A stretch of 64,000 bases of DNA from an uncultured Flavobacteriales bacterium (lineage in GTDB: Bacteria; Bacteroidota; Bacteroidia; Flavobacteriales; Blattabacteriaceae), in NCBI GenBank assembly GCA_964246735.1, contig CAXTRI010000001.1:100420-164419 (forward strand). The letters are read 5' to 3'. The position numbers and the translations under genes were made by a program. Positions within the stretch are counted from its first letter, which is position 1; each line of letters begins with the position of its first letter. The notes under the pieces were generated by a model. The model saw only the letters and a list, made by a program, of their open reading frames with translations. It ran no database searches and was not told the origin of the DNA. Positions 58,958 through 64,000 of this stretch are shown piece after piece.

Positions 58958-60817
58958 TTATTTTACCTCTTCAAAATCAATGTCTTGAACATTTTCAGAT
59001 TCAGGAGAATTGTCAGGAGAATTGTTGTAGAATTGTTGGGAAGCTTCGATCCAAGCTTCATTAAGTTCTTTTGTTGCTCGCTCAATTTCGATTTTTTGTT
59101 TTGATTTACAAGCCATTTTACAATCATTTAAACTATCTTCTATTTTTTTCTTTTTTTCGACGGATAGTTTGTCACTATACTCTTTAAGTTGTTTTTCTGT
59201 TTGAAAAATTAACGCATCTGCGGCATTAAGGGTGTCAATTTCTTCTTTTGTTTTTTTATCTTTCTCAGCATTTTCTTCTGCCTCAAGTTTCATTTTTTCA
59301 ATTTCTTTTTGACTTAATCCTGACGAAGCTTCAATTCGTATTGATTGCTCTTTTCCAGTTTCTTTATTTTTAGCTGAAACATTTAAAATTCCATTAGCAT
59401 CTATATCGAAAGTTACTTCAATTTTAGGAATACCTCTTGGTGATGGTGGTATATCGATAAGATCAAAACGGCCGATTTCTTTATTATCATTAAACATTGG
59501 GCGTTCCCCTTGACCTACTCTAATAGTAACTGCTGATTGATTATCTTCAGCCGTCGAAAAGACCTCTGATTTTTTTGTCGGAATCGTTGTATTAGCAGGA
59601 ATAAGTTTAGTAAATACTGAGCCTAAAGTTTCTATACCAAGAGACAACGGAGTTACATCTAATAAAAGGACATCTTTTATATCTCCAAGTAAAACTGCTC
59701 CTTGAATAGCTGCCCCTATCGCTACCACTTCATCTGGATTTACTCCTTTTGAAGGTTTTTTACCAAAAAATAATTCTACTTCTTCTTGTATTTTAGGTAT
59801 TCTTGTGCTACCGCCTACTAAAATTACTTCATCAATTTTTTCAGCAATAAGTCCTGCTGCATCCAAAGCTTTTTTACAAGGTGAAATTGTACGACGAATT
59901 AAGTTATCGGAAAGCTTTTCAAATTTTGCTCTTGTAATAGTTTTTACTAGGTGTTTAGGGCCTGAATTAGTTGCAGTAATATAAGGTAAATTAATTTCTG
60001 TTTGATTACTAGATGATAGCTCTATTTTAGCTTTCTCTGAAACCTCTTTTAATCTTTGATGAGCCATCGAGTCTTCTCGTAAATCAACACTTTCTTCTGA
60101 TTTAAAACTATCTGCTAAAAAATTTATTAGTATTTCATCGAAATCATCTCCACCTAGTTTTGTATCTCCATTAGTTGATAGTACTTCAAAAACACCATCA
60201 CCTAATTCGAGAATTGAAATATCAAAAGTGCCACCTCCTAAGTCATATACTGCAATTTTCTTATCTTGTTTGCTTTTATCTAAACCATAAGCTAAAGCGG
60301 CTGCTGTAGGTTCATTAATAATTCTCTCTACTTTTAACCCTGCTATTTCTCCAGATTCTTTAGTAGCTTGTCGTTGTGCATCATTAAAATAAGCGGGAAC
60401 TGTTATAACAGCACGATTAATTTCTTCCCCTAGATAATCTTCTGCCGTTTTTTTCATTTTCTGCAATATCATTGCAGAAATCTCTTGTGGAGAATATAAC
60501 TTATTTTTTATATTTACTCTTGGAGTATTGTTAGGACCTTTTTCTATTTTATATGGAACCCTATCGATTTCAGAAGAAATCTCTGAAAAATTAGCTCCCA
60601 TAAACCTTTTTATAGAAAAAATAGTATTTTTTGCGTTGGTCACTGCTTGACGCTTTGCTGGATCTCCGATTTTAATTTCACCGCCATCAACAAAAGCAAC
60701 CATTGACGGAGTCGTGCGTTTTCCTTCAGAATTTGAAATTACTGTTGGATCATTTCCTTCCATTACAGCAACGCACGAATTGGTTGTTCCTAAATCAATT
60801 CCAATAATTTTATTCAT
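58958..60817 (-). CDS. dnaK: molecular chaperone DnaK (Hsp70)
   Basis: '[14 protein letters not shown]', '[12 protein letters not shown]' and '[11 protein letters not shown]'. Confidence 0.97.
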   Translation of the reverse strand: MNKIIGIDLGTTNSCVAVMEGNDPTVISNSEGKRTTPSMVAFVDGGEIKIGDPAKRQAVTNAKNTIFSIKRFMGANFSEISSEIDRVPYKIEKGPNNTPRVNIKNKLYSPQEISAMILQKMKKTAEDYLGEEINRAVITVPAYFNDAQRQATKESGEIAGLKVERIINEPTAAALAYGLDKSKQDKKIAVYDLGGGTFDISILELGDGVFEVLSTNGDTKLGGDDFDEILINFLADSFKSEESVDLREDSMAHQRLKEVSEKAKIELSSSNQTEINLPYITATNSGPKHLVKTITRAKFEKLSDNLIRRTISPCKKALDAAGLIAEKIDEVILVGGSTRIPKIQEEVELFFGKKPSKGVNPDEVVAIGAAIQGAVLLGDIKDVLLLDVTPLSLGIETLGSVFTKLIPANTTIPTKKSEVFSTAEDNQSAVTIRVGQGERPMFNDNKEIGRFDLIDIPPSPRGIPKIEVTFDIDANGILNVSAKNKETGKEQSIRIEASSGLSQKEIEKMKLEAEENAEKDKKTKEEIDTLNAADALIFQTEKQLKEYSDKLSVEKKKKIEDSLNDCKMACKSKQKIEIERATKELNEAWIEASQQFYNNSPDNSPESENVQDIDFEEVK

Positions 60818-60950
60818 TTATTATTTTAAATAGGTATGCTTGACATTATTTACAATCATAATGCCATATATTATTACATGTTTAATTTCTGTCAGTAAAT
60901 GTAACTAAACGATTAGTTTATTTTATATATATTAGTTACTATATAAGATA

Positions 60951-61391
60951 GTGAATAGTTTAAGTTATAAAACAATTTCAGGCACTAAAATTTTATTAAA
61001 AAGAAAATGGGTATTAATTGATGCAACAAATAAAAGTCTTGGGAGACTTTCTTCTTTCGTTTCTCAAATTTTAAGAGGAAAACATAAAATTTTATTTACT
61101 CCGCATGTAAATTGCGGAGACTTTGTAATAGTAATTAATCTTGATAAGATTACTATGAAGGGAAATAATTGGAAGCAAAGAAAATATATTAGATATACAG
61201 GATATCCAGGAGGACAAAGATTCAGAAGTATCAATTATCAATGGATCAATGATCCTTGTAAAATATTTGAAAAATCTGTTAAAGGGATGCTACCAAAAAA
61301 TAAGTTGGGGGCTAAGATATACAAAAATTTATATCTATATTCTGGATCTTTTCATTTTCACCAAGCTCAAAAACCTATTCCTATTATTTAG
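60951..61391 (+). CDS. rplM: 50S ribosomal protein L13
   Basis: 'KWVLIDATNKSLGRLSS.VSQILRGKHK', 'GYPGG'. GTG start. Confidence 0.92.
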   Translation: MNSLSYKTISGTKILLKRKWVLIDATNKSLGRLSSFVSQILRGKHKILFTPHVNCGDFVIVINLDKITMKGNNWKQRKYIRYTGYPGGQRFRSINYQWINDPCKIFEKSVKGMLPKNKLGAKIYKNLYLYSGSFHFHQAQKPIPII

Positions 61392-61394
61392 TTG

Positions 61395-61790
61395 ATGCTT
61401 TTAACTAAAATATTACATACAATAGGAAAAAGAAAAACTTCTGTTGCACGTTTATATTTATCTCCTGGAATAGGAAAAATTATTATTAATAATCTAAATT
61501 TAGATCAATATTTCAACTCTTATTTGTTAAAAGATAAAATACTTCAACCATTTATTTTAACAAAAAATAATGGTAAATTTGATGTTCGAATCAAAATATT
61601 TGGTGGAGGAGTTAATAGTCAAGCAGAAGCGATTCGCTTGGCAATTTCAAGAGCATTATGTGAAATTTCACCATTATCTCGTTCAATTTTAAAGTCTAAA
61701 GGATTAATATCTCGTGATTCAAGAAAAGTAGAACGGAAAAAATTTGGTAGAAAAAAAGCAAGAAAAAAGTTTCAATTTTCTAAACGTTAA
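61395..61790 (+). CDS. rpsI: 30S ribosomal protein S9
   Basis: 'GKRKTSVARLYL', 'GGGVNSQAEAIRLAISRAL', 'RDSRKVERKKFG'. ATG at 61395, with an alternative TTG at 61392. Confidence 0.92.
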   Translation: MLLTKILHTIGKRKTSVARLYLSPGIGKIIINNLNLDQYFNSYLLKDKILQPFILTKNNGKFDVRIKIFGGGVNSQAEAIRLAISRALCEISPLSRSILKSKGLISRDSRKVERKKFGRKKARKKFQFSKR

Positions 61791-61793
61791 ATC

Positions 61794-62489
61794 ATGCCAA
61801 AATTAGATATTAAAGAATTAATAAATGCAAACGTTCATTTAGGTCATAATAAAAATGAATTTTGCCCATTCATGAAGCCTTTTATATATAGTAAGAAAAA
61901 AGGCATTCATTTTATAAATCTTCATAAAACAATATCAAATCTAAATAAATATTGTAATCTAATCAAAGAGATTGTTTCTTCAGGAAAGAAGATATTATTC
62001 ATTGCCACTAAAAAACAAGCTAAATTTATTGTTGCAGAAACTTCAAAAAAATATAATATGCCATATATTACAGAGAGATGGCTAGGCGGTTTGTTAACTA
62101 ATTTTACAACTTTTCATAAATCAATTTTTAAGCTTAATTCATTAAAATTAGAAAAGAAGACTGGAACTTATAATTCTCTCTCCAAAAAAGAATTATTAAT
62201 AATTCACCGTATTAAAAATAAACTGGAAGAAAATGTTGGATCAATTTCAACTATGGATAATTTACCCGAAGCTATTTTTATAGTAGATATTGTATGTGAA
62301 AATATTGCTCTGAAAGAAGCTAAAAAGATTAAGATACCTGTTTTTGCCATTATTGATACTAATTCTGATCCTAGATCAGTAGATTATCCTATTCCTGCTA
62401 ATGACGATTCTTCAAAATCTATTGAATTAATTTTTCATTATATTAATGAGTCTCTTTCAGAGGGGTTAAAACTAAGAAAAAATGTATAA
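61794..62489 (+). CDS. rpsB: 30S ribosomal protein S2
   Basis: 'LINANVHLGH', 'RWLGGLLTNF', 'IPVFAIIDTNSDP'. Confidence 0.93.
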   Translation: MPKLDIKELINANVHLGHNKNEFCPFMKPFIYSKKKGIHFINLHKTISNLNKYCNLIKEIVSSGKKILFIATKKQAKFIVAETSKKYNMPYITERWLGGLLTNFTTFHKSIFKLNSLKLEKKTGTYNSLSKKELLIIHRIKNKLEENVGSISTMDNLPEAIFIVDIVCENIALKEAKKIKIPVFAIIDTNSDPRSVDYPIPANDDSSKSIELIFHYINESLSEGLKLRKNV

Positions 62490-63300
62490 AAGTAATGTTC
62501 GTGATCTTATAAAACTAAGAGAAAAAACTGGGTTTGGAATTTTTGATTGTAAAAAAGCTCTCATAGAGACGAAAGGGAAAATTGAGAAAGCAATTGAGCA
62601 TCTAAGAAAAACCAGTATAAATAAAGCCTATTGTTCTGATCATACTTCTAAACAAGGAGTAATTTTAAGTAAAGTAAATTCAAAGAATAAAAAAGGAATT
62701 ATAATTGGCATAAATTGTGAAACTGATTTTGTTGCTAAAAATGATTTGTTTATTAAACTTGCGGATGAAATAGCAGAAAAAGCAATGGATTGTAAGGATA
62801 AAAATGAGATCTTAGCCTCTACTATAAGAAACAGAAGAATAAAAGAAATCATATTTGAACATATGACGATTTTAGGAGAAAAATTAACTTTGAATATCTT
62901 TGAAATATTAGAATCGTGTTTTGTAGGGATGTATGTTCATCACGGCAAAAAACTAGCAGCTTTAGTCGGACTTTCAGCCGCTCCTAAAGGGAGCAACATA
63001 ATTGGAAAAGAATTAGCTATGCAAGTTGCTGCTATGAACCCTTTGGCCCTAAATAAAGAAGATATTCCATATAATTTTATTGAAAAAGAAAAAGAAATTA
63101 TTAAAGACCAAGAACGCAGATTTGGGAAATCTGAAGACTTACTAGAAAAAATAGTCCAAGGAAAAATAAACAAATTTATTTGCGAGAACACCTTATTATC
63201 ACAAAATTATATTAAAAATCAAAAAATCACAGTACAAAATTATATTAAACAATTTAACAGTCTAATTTATATAACAGGATATAAACGTACTACATTATAG
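62482..63300 (+). CDS. tsf: translation elongation factor Ts
   Basis: UBA-like N-terminus 'LREKTGFGIFDCKKAL', and 'LAMQVAAMNPLAL'. It has an 8-nt overlap with rpsB. Confidence 0.92.
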   Translation: MYKSNVRDLIKLREKTGFGIFDCKKALIETKGKIEKAIEHLRKTSINKAYCSDHTSKQGVILSKVNSKNKKGIIIGINCETDFVAKNDLFIKLADEIAEKAMDCKDKNEILASTIRNRRIKEIIFEHMTILGEKLTLNIFEILESCFVGMYVHHGKKLAALVGLSAAPKGSNIIGKELAMQVAAMNPLALNKEDIPYNFIEKEKEIIKDQERRFGKSEDLLEKIVQGKINKFICENTLLSQNYIKNQKITVQNYIKQFNSLIYITGYKRTTL

Positions 63301-63313
63301 TAAAATATATTAA

Positions 63314-64000
63314 ATGATTAATCTTAAAAGTCTAGAAGAACTTTTTTTAATTAAAGAAAGCTCGCAATTAGCTTCTAAATTGCTAGGTTTGCTTGCTTTA
63401 GAAATTGTTCCAGGAATAAATACATTATATTTAGACAAATTGGCTGAAGAATTTATTCGTGATAATGGAGGAAAACCTGCTTTTCCAGGACTTTATGATT
63501 TTCCTCATACTATTTGTACCTCTCCTAATGAACAAGTAGTACATGGTATTCCTAATAATAACCCATTAAATGAAGGAGATATAGTATCTATTGATTGTGG
63601 CGTGTTATTTAACGGCTATTATGGCGATGTAGCTTATAGTTTTAGAGTCGGAGAAGTAGCTACTCCTACGCAAAAACTTTTGGAAATTACGAAACGTTCT
63701 CTTTATATCGGTATCTCTTCTTGTAAAAGAGGAAATTATATAGGTGATATTGGGAATAATATTCAAAGTTATGTTGAAGAAAAAGGTTATGGAGTAGTAA
63801 GAGAGCTGGCTGGACATGGATTAGGAATACATATCCATGAAGATCCTATAATTCCCAATTATGGTCGGAAAGGACTAGGGGAAGAACTTGTAGAAGGAAT
63901 GGTTCTTGCTATTGAACCTATGATAAATCAAGGAACACATCGTATTAAATATCATAAAGATAGATGGACAGTATCGACACTAGATAAACAGATCTCAGCC
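63314..64000 (+). CDS. map: type I methionine aminopeptidase (3' end outside window; not in ORF track because no stop is reached)
   Basis: ATG at 63314, open to the window end. Translation includes 'HGIPNN.PLNEGDIVSIDCGV..NGYYGDVAYSF', 'GHGLGIHIHEDP' and 'VLAIEPMIN', which carry the metal ligands. Confidence 0.9.
   Translation, partial: MINLKSLEELFLIKESSQLASKLLGLLALEIVPGINTLYLDKLAEEFIRDNGGKPAFPGLYDFPHTICTSPNEQVVHGIPNNNPLNEGDIVSIDCGVLFNGYYGDVAYSFRVGEVATPTQKLLEITKRSLYIGISSCKRGNYIGDIGNNIQSYVEEKGYGVVRELAGHGLGIHIHEDPIIPNYGRKGLGEELVEGMVLAIEPMINQGTHRIKYHKDRWTVSTLDKQISA

Noticed and set aside
59001-59024. 12-nt repeat in the dnaK 3' end (encodes 'NSPDNSPE')
   Set aside because: It sits in the variable, low-complexity C-terminal tail of Hsp70. 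It is not structurally significant on present evidence.

Overview
This AT-rich, gene-dense window is almost entirely core housekeeping genes with short spacers and frequent small gene overlaps. The gene content includes translation factors, ribosomal proteins, aminoacyl-tRNA synthetases, tRNA-modification enzymes and chaperones (htpG, dnaK, dnaJ, grpE). It also includes leuACDB, sufBCDS, shikimate genes (aroC, aroK, aroB), pdhA/pdhC/lpdA, a split transketolase, sigma-54 and a short sigma-70. The rpmB-rpmG-DUF4295 arrangement points to a reduced Flavobacteriales insect endosymbiont, probably Blattabacterium-like; that assignment is inference only. The standard genetic code fits all genes. By eye I support about 60 CDSs, 11 tRNAs, RNase P RNA, one multiply disrupted ABC-F ATPase pseudogene and a set of short tandem-repeat arrays. 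I see no mobile elements, CRISPR arrays, defence or secretion loci, and no convincing novel multi-gene system. The notable items are small-scale. Tandem arrays of 7, 8, 9 and 10 nt sit on or just after stop codons, and two of them share a CAATAGT core. A tRNA-Arg overlaps both the rpmA stop codon and an extended rpoN tail. miaA is a fully open ORF with no canonical start and an in-frame (CCTAAG)n repeat. Several proteins show domain trimming: DnaJ keeps one zinc centre, LeuA lacks the regulatory domain, and S1 has five domains. RNase P RNA is shortened. Long coding poly(A) tracts are common. Two small ORFs are missing from the ORF track: a DUF4295-like gene and a hydrophobic 57-codon ORF. All boundaries were derived by manual reading without tools.
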